The position numbers and the translations under genes are program-made. From contig NC_085843.1 of the NCBI RefSeq assembly GCF_035594765.1, positions 254,177,971-254,241,970 on the forward strand: a stretch of 64,000 nt of DNA, given 5' to 3'. This document shows, in pieces, positions 37,785 through 51,209 of the stretch (positions are counted from its first letter, which is position 1; the number at the start of each line of letters is the position of its first letter). The DNA comes from Anolis carolinensis. Lineage: Eukaryota. The notes beneath the pieces are model-generated. The model ran no database searches and was not told where the DNA came from. It saw only the letters and a list, made by a program, of their open reading frames with translations.

Positions 37785-38906
37785 TATTCATTGCTTTCTA
37801 TTTTCTCTCTTTATATGTCTGTCAACTTTTTTTTTCTTTTGATGCATTCATTCAAAGATCTCTTCTCTTCTTCAATGGTTTTCTTCACTTGTAACCTCCA
37901 ACCACCAATGTTATGCATTAGATATAGTCCATTAATAACGCTTCAAGAATGTAGAGCATGGTTTGCTCTAATAATTTTCTGCATTTTTCCTGTCTAGAGC
38001 ATTTAACTCTGCTTGAGTTCAATCAAAAATTCCAGTACCGTATCAAATAAAGGGCATGACCCTGGAGTTTATAGCCCAAATTACGTTTCTAGTGCTCAGT
38101 TTTGATTTTAGGGTTTTACATACTCATACTTGCAGCTTCCATCATGGTGGGTGCTTTTAATGATATTCCTTCTGATTCAACAATTTTATTCCTATTTATT
38201 GATAGTGTAGCACATTTATCAATATCAAATTTCACTACTCGTTTGTGATGGTGACATTTCATATAGTATTCAATTATCCACATGGAATAAATTATTCATG
38301 TTTCAGCTGGCTTTAGCATTTCACATCTCTGATTTGCTTTCTTTCATAGTACTTGAGGGACCGTATCTCCTCCCACCAACCCATTCGAGCCCTGAGATCT
38401 TCAGGAGAGGCCCTTCTCTCAGTCCTATCATCATCGCAGGCACGTTTGATGGGAACAGGGCCTTTTCTGTGGTGGCCCTGTGGCTCTGGCACTCCCTTCC
38501 TAGAGATATATGATTGGCCCCCTTCTTACTGGCCTTTCATTCACAAATTAAAATGTTTCTGTGGAGCCAGGCCTTCCCAGACAAATGATAACAGGCACTG
38601 CCAGATAACCGCTGGCCAAACTTCACCACTTAATGTTTTGCTGGCCCTGACAACTGCAATCTGACCTGAAAAGGGACATCTTAGGAACTGTATAATTTTT
38701 TAGGTTTACAAATAACCTCAGTGGTTGGATGTTATGGATACATTTAAATGGTAACTGTTTTATATGATGTGTTAAACTGAGTTATTTTTATATTTGTATA
38801 TGATGTTTAGTTGATTATGTATTGTGTGCCGAGGTATTTATATTGATTTTAAACTTTGTATTTTGCTTTGAGTCCCACCCATGGGAGAAAAGCGGGATAG
38901 AAATGA

Positions 38907-38965
<59 letters not shown>

Positions 38966-39750
38966 AGTAGTATCATTGCAGTGACAAATAGTAAGGTTGA
39001 CATAAAATCACCCTCAGAAATTCCATGGCTAATATTAGCTCTGCCAAGAATCTCCATTTACTGTTAAAATGGTCTTCCATGATTTCATTAGACGAATTTT
39101 CTGATGGTTTTGCTAATTCATTATATTTCAAGACATTTTGATCCATGCATAGAAGAAAGACTTAAATGCTTAGTAGCCAATCTCTTCTCTGTGCAAACTT
39201 GCCTTTTATAGTTTTTCAGTTTAATCTTATCCATTATTTGTGGATCTTTGGCTCATTGGAAATTGATACAATCGCATTTGTATTCCTTTGGATAAAAACA
39301 ATTTTGTGTTAGATGGGATTAGACTGAGTTAGCTATTATTCCTGTTAATAATGTATATGTTATTGGTAAGCAAGTAACTAGGGAGCAATTTGCTTGGGTA
39401 GCCACTTTCTCCCCATCTTTCATATTTAATTCTGTCCTTATTCTCATCCATTCTTTAATAACATTTGTTTTCAGTAAGGCATTAAAATGATGTGGTAACC
39501 TTGGGTGAAGGATAGTTAGATTTTTCAGCAAGAACACACAAACATCTCTTCTGGGACTTCCCAATCCTTGACTATCTTTGCACACTCAGCAGTTTTTCTG
39601 TTGTAATTACAATAGCTTCCATCTCTTTACATTTTCACTCTATTTCCATATTTTCAATCTAGGTTGCATAATAATGCATTTTTGGTTTATCACATTTTCC
39701 CCAGTATGTAAGTGTATTATCTTATTTGGGATGGGATGCTGATGTTAATT
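37785..39750 (-). mobile_element. Old R4/Dong-clade LINE reverse-transcriptase region, split by L2
   Basis: Minus-strand motifs in order: LVTCLPITYTLLTGII, GISEGDFMSTLLFVTAM (about QGDSLSPLLF), NNLFHVDN (about YMDD), KFDIDKCATL, TQAELNALDRK...HALH...GLYL...GG..LQVKKTIEEEKR. Confidence 0.75.
38352..38963 (+). mobile_element. L2 3' end with (TAA)n tail, inserted in the old R4
   Basis: LRDRISSHQPIRALRSSGEALLS..., 3' UTR, then tttgagtccc...gggagaaaagcggg-(TAA)n. Confidence 0.85.
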
Positions 39751-41084
39751 TCTTCTAGAAAGGACAATCATGATGAATGTTTTGAAGTTTGCCTTTTCCC
39801 CAGAACTAAAGGCATTTATTTATAAATTGAAATAAAGAGAGGTAGCTACAAATGCATCATTATGTCTTGTTTCCCAACCCAACTCCCCAAACCTACACTG
39901 ACAGCTAGCAGCTGCATATAGTGTCAGAAGTCTCTCCGCTGATGAGTGGAATTCAGGAAGATGATGACCCCTTCCTGTCCGTGATCTTTGGTGTGGTGAG
40001 GAATTGTGACCGAGGTTCTGCTTCTGATTGACCACAAATTGCTGATGGGAGGGAATTGGAGATGCTATCCTGCTGTATATCACTCACCAATAGCTGCTGG
40101 CTTTTAAGGTGGGAGGAAGGCATTTGAGATCCCGGCAACAAAAACATCCAAAGCATGACTGAAGGCACCAGAGTCACAGATTCATAACTCTAAGTTTTGG
40201 ATTTATAATTTGTGTATAAGATGCCAGTCACTGTACACAAGATAAGCTTTAACATTGAATTAAACTGCTCAGGGAATGTTTGGAAAATTCTTGTGTGTTT
40301 TTTTGTTAAGTTTAGAAAAAGAAAAAGAAATGGATGTTCTGCAAAAGGCACTGAAGTCTGTGCATCCTGCTGTGTTTTCTTTCATAAAACAATTACCATT
40401 TAGTGAAGGTTCTGTCAGCTTCTGGTGTAATTACAATTGATATTTAAAAGACAATACAAATACAGAAATGAAAGGCTTAGACTAGAGACTGTGGTGCCAA
40501 GAAACTCTAATAACTCTTTTTCCCCTCAATCTCTCCCTATGTTGTTTTTTCATCTCATTCAATGCCACTATTTTGACATGCAAGTTAGAAAGCAGGAGAC
40601 CTTCAAAATGAATTCTTTTTAGCTACTGGTTACTAACACACTGGTCCCCCCCCCCCCCCCTTCTCATTGCTTGAATGCTATCTGATGCTGGAAGCTGGCT
40701 GCAATTAATTTTAACATGTTAACTGTCAATCATTGTCGCTTATCTAACTTTTAGTTGAGATGAAATTGGAAATTCCTAAAAAATATGACACAGAAGCTTA
40801 GGTTATTTGCTCAGCATGGTGATTCCTGGTCAGGCTATCTGCTGTTCTAGGAATGTGAATGACAGTTCATTTTTGCACTCACTCCACTCATTCCAGCTAG
40901 GTCAATGTGTGTGAAGAAACACATATTGTATAGAAGTACATTTAGTGTAGAAACACATTCCTTATAGCAGAGAAAGCACTTGTGCAGGAATACATAAACA
41001 TATAATTCTTGCTACTTTAGCTTGCATACTTTCAACCAACATATCTCCTGCTGAGAATGTTGGAATAACTGTGCACAGAACCAG

Positions 41085-41275
41085 TTCCAATGTGAACTCA
41101 GCCAAGTGACTGAGTAGTCTTGGATGAGTTGCTGTCTCTCCTAATCTGCCTCACAGGGTTATTGTCAATATAAAGATGGGGAGAAAAGCACAGGAATATG
41201 GAGGAAAGGTAGGATATAAATTTTGTTGTTGTGTGCCTTCAAGTCATTTCATAATTATGGTGATCCTAAGGTGAT
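41085..41275. mobile_element. CORE/MIR-like SINE remnant (plus) abutting an RTE-tailed SINE end (minus)
   Basis: ctaatctgcctcacagggttattgt is CORE-like. ttgttgttgtgtgccttcaagtca is the tail. Confidence 0.5.
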
Positions 41276-42014
41276 ATTTTCACTAACTGAGATACAAGGA
41301 ACAGACTTGAACAGGTGGGTTTTGGCAGGACTATGAAAGGGGAGAAAGAGTTCCATATGCTCACAGTGGTGCAGTTAAAGTTGGGGGTCCAGGGTCCTGT
41401 AGTCCTGAGGGACAACGAATGACCACACAGAAGCTAGTAGGTGGCAATGCCAGTGCCAAATATATCTGGCATCAATATCTGGGCAAGCATGGATTTTTGT
41501 AGGCCCACTAAGGATAGAGTTGATCACCACAGCATCCTTTCTCTTAACTTTTTAAAAAGATAAAATTCTAATTGGGGTTGACTGGACATGTATGTTGTTA
41601 TAGATGCTCATATTATGATTTTCAAAATATATTATCCCCTTTTGTAATGAAACAGGAGTTATATTTCCCAACTAAATGTGTTCAGGCATGAGAACAACAG
41701 AAGGGAACTCTATTTTATTGCCGTAGTCCTTGTGGTGCTAAGATTTAATTGACTTTAAAACGTAAAAGCACACATGCCCAATGTGTTTTTATCAAAGCTG
41801 GCAGAACATTCAGGGATTTTTGTATCAGGACATCAGAACAGTTGTAAAATGTGGCATAGCTCTGAATGTGTGGCAAGAAGGGAAGAGAAATGTTTGTTGT
41901 GGATGTTGCAAAGGAAATTAAGTAGCAGGATGTTTATGACCCTTTCAGACTATTAATTTTGAAAGGGCATTGTCAAAATGCCCACTTTAGATGGTTTTTG
42001 ATTTCAGTTTTCAT

Positions 42015-42083
42015 CCTCCTTAGTAAACATAGCCAAAGGTGAAGAGTTACCTCCTTAGTAAACATAGCCAAAGGTGAAGAGTT
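42015..42083. repeat. Perfect 34-bp direct duplication
   Basis: CCTCCTTAGTAAACATAGCCAAAGGTGAAGAGTT at 42015-42048 and 42050-42083. Confidence 0.95.
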
Positions 42084-43454
42084 CTGCTGCTCGGGGACAT
42101 ATTTGCTGATTCTGGTTAAAAGTTATCAGCTGTCACACTGCATGACTTATTGCTAATAATGTCATATCAAAAAAAAGTGCAACATGCAATTAAGTCTATA
42201 TTTAATTTGATCCTGAGAAACAAAAGGAAGCAAAAATCAAAGACAGAAAACAAAACTAGAGGTGGCTACATGAACAGGACAGTAAGCACAGCCCTGTACT
42301 GATGAGGTTAATTTGCAAGCTGACTTTGATGATAGAACAATGAAATGCATTCTTGCATATTGCCAATACTTCCCTGGATTACAATGTGTATTGAAGCAGA
42401 AAGGTGATCTGATGTGGAGTACAGGAAGTAGCTTGTAGTAAACATGTTATATTATCTGAGCAAGATCAAATATTTACACACCAGACAAGATGTGAAATCA
42501 ACCACGTCAATAAATTTTCATTTTTGATATGCATGCCATGAGCAATAATTGTGAGAGAAAAGTTGAGAACAAGCAATCTGTGGGTCATAGTTGGTTGGTT
42601 TAGTGGATCTGGAAGGAAAAGCCTTCTTGAATCCATCATATAAGGGTTTTAGAAAGATCTTGTGTGTAAAGCAATAAAAGGGGAGACCCAGATTTGCAGA
42701 ACAAGGGCAGCACAACTAATGTGGAAAAAGCAGTGTCTTTGGGTGCATCTAGTGGACACACTACTGAGCAGGAACTGTGGGATGATATTCAGGAAGGGGA
42801 CAGATAGGGACTACTGAACAATTCCAACCAATTCCATTGGAGTCTGGGAGTGAGCCATGGATAAAAGAGATTGGCCTGGGAAGGGATGAAGGGAAATAGA
42901 AGGGATAGCAGGGTTACCATGCTACAAATTGCCTCACTGTTCTACTGTTTATGGTTGGAAGCAGAGCTGGTTCAGCTATGTTTGCTGAATGAAGCAAAAG
43001 ACAAGATGGAATTCCATGCAGTTCCATGTACAGAAGTTGAACTTTCAACACTTACAATGAACTATCATCCTGACATGTCTGAGATCAGTAAGCTGGTTTT
43101 GTGGAGAGGGAAGTATTTACGGCACAAACAGCTTTGGTTCCAAAGAGAAGAAAACAGGGACTCGGAAAGAATGCATGTATGTTCATGTACTACTATTTTT
43201 TCCAGTACTACCCCCAAAATTTGCTATCTTATGTAGTGGTCTCTAACAGTATAATCCTGGTGACAACCAACCTTTCTGAGGGTTTCTGCACACTCTTGTG
43301 TAAAATTTATTTTCCCCAAGGTCTGGTATTACTAGACGTGGTAGGAGTCTACATTCAAAGAGACATGTTTGTTGCCATCATGTGTAGTTTTGTCCTTCTG
43401 CTCCTATTCTAAGCACACACATATGGAAATATCTCAACAAGCCAAATAGAACTT

Positions 43455-43650
43455 TGTTGTTAAATGCTGTCAATCTTCCCCCGATTTGTGACCACCCTGC
43501 CATAGGGCTTTCTGGGAAAGATTGATTCAATAAAAATGCTGCTGCTTTTCTTTGAGGCTAAGAGAATATGACTTAACCAATGAGTCAGGATTTTAAGCCT
43601 GATCTCCCACAGTCCTAGTTCAACACTCAAACCAATACAACACAGTGGAT
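43455..43650 (-). mobile_element. Decayed tRNA/CORE SINE with RTE-like tail
   Basis: Reverse-complement similarity to 59845-60046 (gaggctaagagaatatgact). Confidence 0.55.
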
Positions 43651-43680
43651 TTCACTAAATGGGACTCCTAAGTAAATATA

Positions 43681-44083
43681 CAGACATCCCTGAGTTACAA
43701 ACATCTGACTTACATCTGAATCCTAGTTAGTTAACTTCCTGATAAGTGAGAGAAATCTACTCCTAGGATGGGAAATTCACTCTTGGAAGAGTTATTGTAA
43801 GGAAATTGTCTCTACTGAAGCTTTCTCAACAATCCTTTCCACAACAAGCCATTTTTTTTTCCAAAATCCAATTGTCCCAGAGACAGCAAGTGAAGTGAAA
43901 TCTTCTAAACAGGGGCACAGACAGCAAAACAGATTTTATACAATTTAACTTTAACCCCTATGCTAATATTTTTTTTTAAAAAAAGAGCTGCAGTTACACT
44001 TAAAATGAGCCTATTTCGATTTACATACAAATTCAACTCAAGTACAAACCTACATGACCTTGTTTGTAACCTGGGGACTGTCT
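43681..44083. mobile_element. Second copy of the Tigger-like element at 33571, without BovB
   Basis: CAGACATCCCTGAGTTACAAAC...GTAACCTGGGGACTGTCT, with collinear internal sequence. Confidence 0.8.
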
Positions 44084-44200
44084 ATACAAATAATTGGGCT
44101 ACACTTCAGTTGTTCAATTGAACAGGTCATAGACAACATTTTCAGCATGTTTTTTTAAATGGATAAACTTTATACTATTTTTTTGTCTTTTAAAGTAATA

Positions 44201-44523
44201 CAGTAGAGTCTCACTTATCCAACACTCGCTTATCCAACATTCTGGATTATCCAACGTATTTTTGTAGTCAATGTTTTCAATACATCGTGATATTTTGGTG
44301 CTAAATTAGTAAATATAGTAATTACTACATAGCATTACTGCGTATTGAACTATATTTTCTGTCAAATTTGTTGTAAAACATGATGTTTTGGTGCTTAATT
44401 TGTAAAATCATAACCTAATTTGATGTTTAATAGGCTTTTCCTTAATCTCTCCTTATTATCCAACATATTCGCTTATCCAATGTTCTTCCGGCCCATTTAC
44501 GTTGGATAAGTGAGACTCTACTG
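44201..44523. mobile_element. Tc1/mariner MITE, 323 bp
   Basis: TIR CAGTAGAGTCTCACTTATCCAAC with TA TSD. Confidence 0.92.
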
Positions 44524-44640
44524 TACATGCACTTTAAGCTATAGGTTTTGCAGTATTTAATGTTACAAGTCAAGGATCTGATCATATTTCAAGAAAGCCT
44601 ACTTCTGTGTACTTTATTGTGTACTCCAAACAAGACCTAC

Positions 44641-44981
44641 GACCTTATCATAAAGGCCCATGGATTTGCCCCACATCAGGGCGAATCCATGGGCTCCCGG
44701 CGGGGTGTGTGGAGAAGCCACTGCTCCATGCCCCACATTGCCTGCCTTACCTTGCCCCTCATCCTATTGGGGGGGGGAAACATTGCTACCCCGCTTCCCG
44801 CCATTGAAAGGAAGGCAATACAGAAAGGTTCCCATGTTGCAGCGGTGGTGGCATGCACTGCTTTCTCTCCCTTTTTGGCACAGAGCCCAGCTGGAAGTGC
44901 ATGTACAGCGTGTGAAGGGCTCCATGCTGAAAAGGGAGGTGAGGCAGCATACAATGGGCAAATTGGCCCATCTGATGAGGT
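44641..44981. mobile_element. GC-rich PIF/Harbinger-like MITE (similar elements at about 49010-49500, 51456-51793 and 60839-61180)
   Basis: GACCTTATCATA.../...TCTGATGAGGT-type termini. GC-rich interiors account for the ORF clusters here. Confidence 0.5.
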
Positions 44982-45648
44982 GGCTGCTGTAGTCAATGGG
45001 ACTTCTAAATAAGTGTGCCTAGAACTAGAGCCTAAAGCAAGGCTAAATGTTCAGGGGTAAACATAAACTGGAGACAAAAGTTCTTTGAATGGTCTCTGCT
45101 TTTCATTATGAGTTTCATTTTTGTTTTGAGAAAGATATAAAATGTTTTCCACTTCATTTGAATTGATGAAATACTACTGAGATTCTACACAGCTCCTGCC
45201 TTATCTAAGATTTCAAGGCAAAGTGGAACACAACAATCTAGCAACAATGGTTTCAAAAAGAAATAAAAATGTGTAGGAGAAAAACTACAGAAAGTCAGTT
45301 GTTAAAAAAATGTTCTGCCTTGGGGTGAATTACAAATTCAGAATCTTCTTTGGCTGTATTTTTTTAAAATGAAAGAACTGGATTATAAAATGGGACATCT
45401 TCAAGGCGGAAATCACACTAATCTTGATTTATGCTGTGCTTGCTGTGTTTTGCTGTGGCTGTTGCTACTGCTCTTATTTTTTTTATATAGAATGAGAATA
45501 GAAATATAGATTGATGCTCCAAGGAGCTTCAAAATTAAAAGAAAGGAAGTAAATACAGATAAATGGAGGGATGTAAACAGGGGAAGGAAATGTAATAGCT
45601 TCACTCATTATATGAACTTGTTGAACATGTATATGCCAAGAGCTTTGA

Positions 45649-45836
45649 ATACCACAGAATCACTCTGGAAAACCTAGAAAAATGCATAGAAGAGTGTTTT
45701 TTCCCTAGGCTTTCAATTTCCTCCAGAGATTAGGCTAGAAGTTGACCATAAATTCATGCTGGAAGCCTAGAAATAACACTTTTCTAGACATTTTCTCTAG
45801 GCACTTTCTAGGTTCTCCAGAGCAATTTTATGGTAT
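45649..45836. repeat. Imperfect inverted repeat, old DNA-transposon remnant
   Basis: ataccacagaatcactctggaaaacctagaaaaatgc versus gcactttctaggttctccagagcaattttatggtat. Confidence 0.5.
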
Positions 45837-45964
45837 ACCTTGACATCATTAATTTCTGGTAAGAAAAATAGAGTTCCAGATTGTGCAAAAATAATATTAT
45901 GGAAAATGTCACGGAATAGATTATTTGTGTAATATGCAGACCTACTGTACTTCAAGATCAGTTA

Positions 45965-46292
45965 TGTGTGTTGAGAAAGCAGTTGCCCTCCAACTCCAGG
46001 TAGTCGTGAATGACGCACACTTCCTCGACCCATTTCAAACTCGTTTCATACCAAGATACAGAGTTGAGACTGCTATGGTCGCCCTAGTGCAGTGGTTCCC
46101 AACCTTTGACCCTCCAGATGTTTGGGACTTCAGTTACCAGAAGCCCCATTCAATTTGACCAACTGTCAGGAATGTTGGGAGCTGAAGTCCAAAACACATG
46201 GAGGACCAAAGGTTGGGAATCACTGCTTTAGTGGATGATCTCCGTCCTAGCATTGACAAGGGGTATGTGTCCCTGTGGGTGCTTTTAGATAT
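45965..46292 (+). mobile_element. L2 RT fragment split by a hAT MITE (46090-46225)
   Basis: EKAVALQLQ...FLDPFQTRF..YRVETAMVALV|DDLR...VLLD. MITE TIR CAGTGGTTCCCAACCT, TSD CCCTAGTG/CTTTAGTG. Confidence 0.8.
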
Positions 46293-46661
46293 TGCATGAT
46301 GCTATGTCTGTCTTGTAGTTACATTGCACTTGAATCATGATTATATTGTCTCTTTTCATTGACAGAAAAAATCATCAATGGATCCAGTATTACTATTGTT
46401 CCACCTTCTATTGCAGTCCCAATATTATAAAGCAGAAGAAGGTCTCAAGAGAATAGTGAAACTGAATATGCAGCTGCAGCAAAGTAGAAAAACAAACAAA
46501 CAAACAAGCAAACAGGACGTGTGTGTTGGGTAGGGTGAACACAGGCAATAAGCAAGGAAGAGTGATTGTCAGAATTTGCATCACCAAGGATGTGAAAGTG
46601 ATCATTTCAATAATGGTGTGCTTCCATTTGCTTAAACAAAGTGATTGCCATGTTACTGTAA

Positions 46662-46795
46662 CAGGCATGGGCAAACTTCAGCCCTCCAGGTGTTTTGGAC
46701 TTCAACTCCCACAATTCGTAACAGCCAGTAGGCTGTTAGGAATTGTGGGAGCTGAAGTCCAAAACACCCGGAGGGCCAAAGTTTGCCCATGCCTG
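46662..46795. mobile_element. hAT MITE
   Basis: TIR CAGGCATGGGCAAACTT with TSD TACTGTAA/TACTATAG. Confidence 0.88.
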
Positions 46796-46814
46796 TACTA
46801 TAGGGTGGTATGAT

Positions 46815-47600
46815 AAAGTCTTAAATTTAATTAAATAAATCTTCAATGGCTCCCTTTGCTTTTTGAAGATCAAGGATTAGGAAAAAACAGGAAATGTCTT
46901 CAGAGAAGGAGGGAGGGAAGTTTAAGAGGAATAATCTAGATGTAAACAAAAATGAGTGAAGGCAAACTACAACAAGCTCTCTAGCTCGTTATCTCTATTT
47001 TTCATTATATGGGTTGGGGTCTTATTTCAACAGAGAGAGGCATAAAGGTAATTAGCAGAAGACATGATGTGTGGTGTATATTATATACAACAGAGGATAT
47101 GAGAATGGGGCAGTGAGATACAAGTTCTAGTGTGGAGAGGCAGCATTTGATGTCATCAGAATATAGTCAGCATTGACAGCCATGAAATTGCTTGAAATCA
47201 TACAAGGAGATGCTGTAATAAAACACAGAGAGATAAGAACAGTACTGGTGGGGATCTCAGTAGGGAAGGGAAAAACAGAAAAAGATTTAAAATATTGTTA
47301 AATATTTATCATACTGATAAAATATTGAAAGAGCCATTAGATAGATAGGACCAAAACCAGCTGCAGACAATAGCATGGGTGCCTAAGAAATAAGAGGAAT
47401 CAAGCAAGAGACTAGATCTCTGATGTCAAAGACAGCGGAGGTCAAGGATGGTGAGTCAGAGTCCTTGGATTTTCCAGTGAGGAAATCATTGGGGATTCCT
47501 TTGAAGACAGTTTGAGTGGCGTAGACACAGTGGGGGACAGATTGCAGAAAAGACCATCACAGGGAGAAACTAGAGGAGAGAAAGTGTAGACAGCATATTC
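46815..47600 (-). mobile_element. Ancient decayed L2 RT remnant
   Basis: Minus strand LQSVPH..ATQTVFK..PNDFL...LTSAVFD resembles LQSGFRP.HSTETAL..V.NDLL...LDLSAAFD. The left boundary is uncertain. Confidence 0.5.
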
Positions 47601-48799
47601 CTGGGGTCAGGAAGCAACCGGTCCATTTTAACTCTAACCACAGAAATGTCTCTATGACTGAGCACAAGGAAGGGATTGTCTCAGTCTGCAAATTTTGGTC
47701 ACTATCAAAAGATATCAAATTGTTAAATCTTTATTTTGCTATTTCTGTATTTTTACAGTCAGATGGGAGAAGGAGAGACCTATATGAAGGTTGGTTTTTT
47801 TTTTCCCGGACAAAATAATTTGACTAATTCAAGGTCATCTGACAACCATTTAGTCCTCTGCTTCAGTCAGCAACAGGACTCGAGCCAGCCTTGTACAGCC
47901 ATCACACTGTGCAAATCAGTTCTGGCATCAGTATGCCAAGGCTCTCAGGACTATACTCAGAACATTTTTAATGAGAAAAATCTGATTCTTCCCAATAAAT
48001 ACATATTTAACAAAGACCAAAATGTTTTGTCTTACATCTATTGTTTTAAAATCATGGTTTCCATGTGCCATTTCTTTTTCAAGAGGCCTTGTTCATATCA
48101 ACAGGAGATGCAGTGGTAAAACGGTCCCTGGGCTGCAATGTTTATGAACTCCCTGCCGTGTTTCTGTCACATGGCAGTTTACCTTCTTTGAGTAAATATT
48201 GCCATAGGATTCAGAGGGCTCAGTTCTCTTTCAACAAAACAAGGAAGAAAGGGCAATGTATCTGAAAATCCACAGGCTGGACTTTGCAGGCTCCCACATC
48301 TCAGCATGTGCATCCATTTTATAAAGCATTCTCTCTGTGAACTAAAGGTACACTCTTGCATTTCCTCTGCTGTTTGTTCAATATTTCAGAACATGCACTT
48401 ACCTTTTGTTAGTAACCTTCACATTATATGACCGGGGTGGTTAGGGAATATTTATATCGAGCAATTAAAAGAAAGAGAACTGTATATACTTATTACTATG
48501 TCCCAGACAAATAATACCCTTGTACTGATGATAGTCAGAGGCAAGAAATTTCTACACAAAGGTTCCTTTCATGTACTGAAAGGCAATGTGGGTTCAATTT
48601 ATCATGGCAGTTGTTCCCAATTCACTGAGAAGAAGCTTCTCCAAGCGTTCTACAGATGTAGCGCTGATTGTCGTAGGAGGAAAACGCATTACAAAAGTAA
48701 TATTGTTAAAGCTTTCAAAAACAGACCTGCAAAAACACCAACAGGGATCAGAAAGTGAATTTAGATCACAGTTTTCAGTCCCTTTGTCACAAAGTAGGA

Positions 48800-48935
48800 C
48801 AGGGATGAGGAAACTTTGGCCATTGAGATATTTTGGACTAATAATCCCACAAACCCTTACCATTAGTCATGTTAGCTGTGGATGGGTGATGTTGTAGGCC
48901 AAATCTTCCAGATAGCCCAAGGTCTCTAGCCCCTG
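48800..48935. mobile_element. Old hAT MITE
   Basis: CAGGGATGAGGAAACTT...CTAGCCCCTG, with the same architecture as younger MITEs. TSD is lost. Confidence 0.5.
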
Positions 48936-50931
48936 ATATAAATGGCTACTACAGATGACAAAACTACACAGCATTCAATGTATTCATAGGTGAATGTCTC
49001 TACACGCTAAGAATCTCCTCACATGGGGCATTTTGGCTCCTTTTTGCCACACAATGCATGGCACGCCCCACCCACATTCCTCCCAAAGTGGAGGGGAGAC
49101 ACCAAAAGGTGCTTTCTTCTCCACTATAGGGAGGAAAGTATAGTTTGGATATCTCCAATAGAGCTACCTGCACTTTCCTCCCCTTTTTGCTGTGTGATGG
49201 TAGAAAGGTAGAAACACTTGTTGCCACCCTTTCTGCCATCTGATGGGAGGGAAAGAGTGCCAAAGCACCCTCTCCCATCCCCACCGTGTGATAAGGGGAG
49301 GAGAGAGGGGACGTGGGATGCCACGAGTGGCCCCACATGCCTTCCCTTTCACTGGCAATTGCCAGCGCAATGGAAGAGGTTGTAACTCTTCAGGTATTTA
49401 TGGTGCTGGAGGTGGTTTGGTTTTGACCAGAGTAGCAGCTCTAGGAGGAAAAAAAAGGTGCATTTTCTCTTGTGCGATTTGCAAAACACGCACAATGAGA
49501 GGAAATGGGAAACAGGTTGTCGTTTCTCCTGCTTCCCAGTAAATTCTGTCCTTTGATTGGAATAATTGCTATTCATGAATTATGCAAGCAGAAGGGGATT
49601 ATTTTTCCTTTCATGTTGATGATAAGAGATACCTTCTTTTACCAGATTTTCCACAGTATTTATAGACTTAGTCTAAAAAGTAATAGCTTAAGACTGCTGA
49701 ACATATTGGATGAGTATCCTTGAATGGACATTATAGAACAAAAGTGAGACAACAGTGATACATTTACTGGAACCTCAATGTAAATTAGCTTAACATTGCA
49801 TTCCTTTCATAGAATGGTGCATTTTCAGTAATAAAAGTAATAACTCTTGCAAGGTATCTATGTAAATCAAGCAGTAAATATTAATCCAACATGTAATTGA
49901 TGCCCTCAAATAACAGAGCAAAAAGACAATGGAAAAGACTTTCAAGCAAATCATAGGGATGATTAAAAATTGTGTAATACACAGAATCAAAAATTATTTA
50001 CTCAGAGATCTGCAAATATGTGAATTCACCCTAACTGTTATAAATGTAATGTGTGTTGGCATTTGCAAGTTATGAAATATTCATTAATAAATCTCATTGG
50101 CAATGGATATTGAGAATGTGTTCCTTTCTTTGCAAATATTTGTGTTTCTGTAGCCGGACTGTGATTTCTTTAAATCATGTCACTGAACTAGGTCCTTGGA
50201 AGAACACTTTGACCTTGTGACATAACATATATCACTACCTGAGCAGTAGGCATGTGGAATCCTTTACAAAAGTGTTTCCCTCTAAATTACAATGGCCTAT
50301 ATACTAAGTTAGCCAATACTATTAAATCATTTAGTATTCTAATGGATACATTTTTAACACATTAAATATATCATGTATGCATTAAATATATTGCCTGCCA
50401 ATGAAATGATAAAGCCTTCTATGTATGAGTAGAGATGGTTTGAACTTTCACCCAGCCACTCCCTGTTTACGTTTGGCTCCCTCCTCTGTACAAGTGGGTA
50501 CAAATCTATCACTCACTGGGAGCCATTCATACTAATGTAATGAGTTTACTGTAAATGTAATCATTATACAAATGTAATGTGAATACATTTGTGAAAAATT
50601 ACAAAAATACTCCTACCCCCCTGTATGGGAAACAGATGAGCAGTGATAACCATCATATGTAGAAAGCTGTTTGTAAAAAGAAATGTTATCAGTCTAGTAA
50701 TGTCAGTTTCACTGACAATGATGATGATGACAATGACGACAATCATGGTATTGCTGATTGTCATCACCATCATCGTAAAATCCTTCTCTATTTTATTTGT
50801 AGAAAAAGCATAGAATCTAAAAACATGAAATTCACTGCAGTGTAAAACATCTGTGCCATTCTAAAAACACTTTTAGAAGTGATGTCTACATTATTCCATG
50901 GGATGTGTTAATTACTACATTTGCTAAGGAG

Positions 50932-51209
50932 CAGGGCCGTAGCCAGAAAAAAAATTTGGGGGGGGGGGGGGTTTGAAATTTTTTTGGGGTGGTTGAACTC
51001 CTACCCGCGCCCCCCGCTACAGGCCTGTCAATATCTGCTTGAGATAGTGCCTGGAGGGACTCTTAATTTTTTGCATGTCATAGACTTAGCATGGGGATTT
51101 GGTTAACCAGTTAAAATTCATGAGTAAACCAGGTTTTTTTAACCTGAAAAATTTCAGGGGGGGGGGGGGTTGAGCCCCTAACCCTCCCCCCTCCCGGGCT
51201 ACAGGCCTG
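50932..51209. mobile_element. hAT (Ac-type TSD) non-autonomous element with an internal duplicated right end
   Basis: CAGGGCCGTAGCC...GGCTACAGGCCTG with TSD CTAAGGAG/CTAAGAAG. An extra GCTACAGGCCTG lies at 51016-51027. Confidence 0.8.

Noticed and set aside
44548-45012. Dense overlapping ORFs (also about 49000-49580 and 60827-61171)
   Set aside because: These are GC-rich MITE interiors that lack stop codons by composition.
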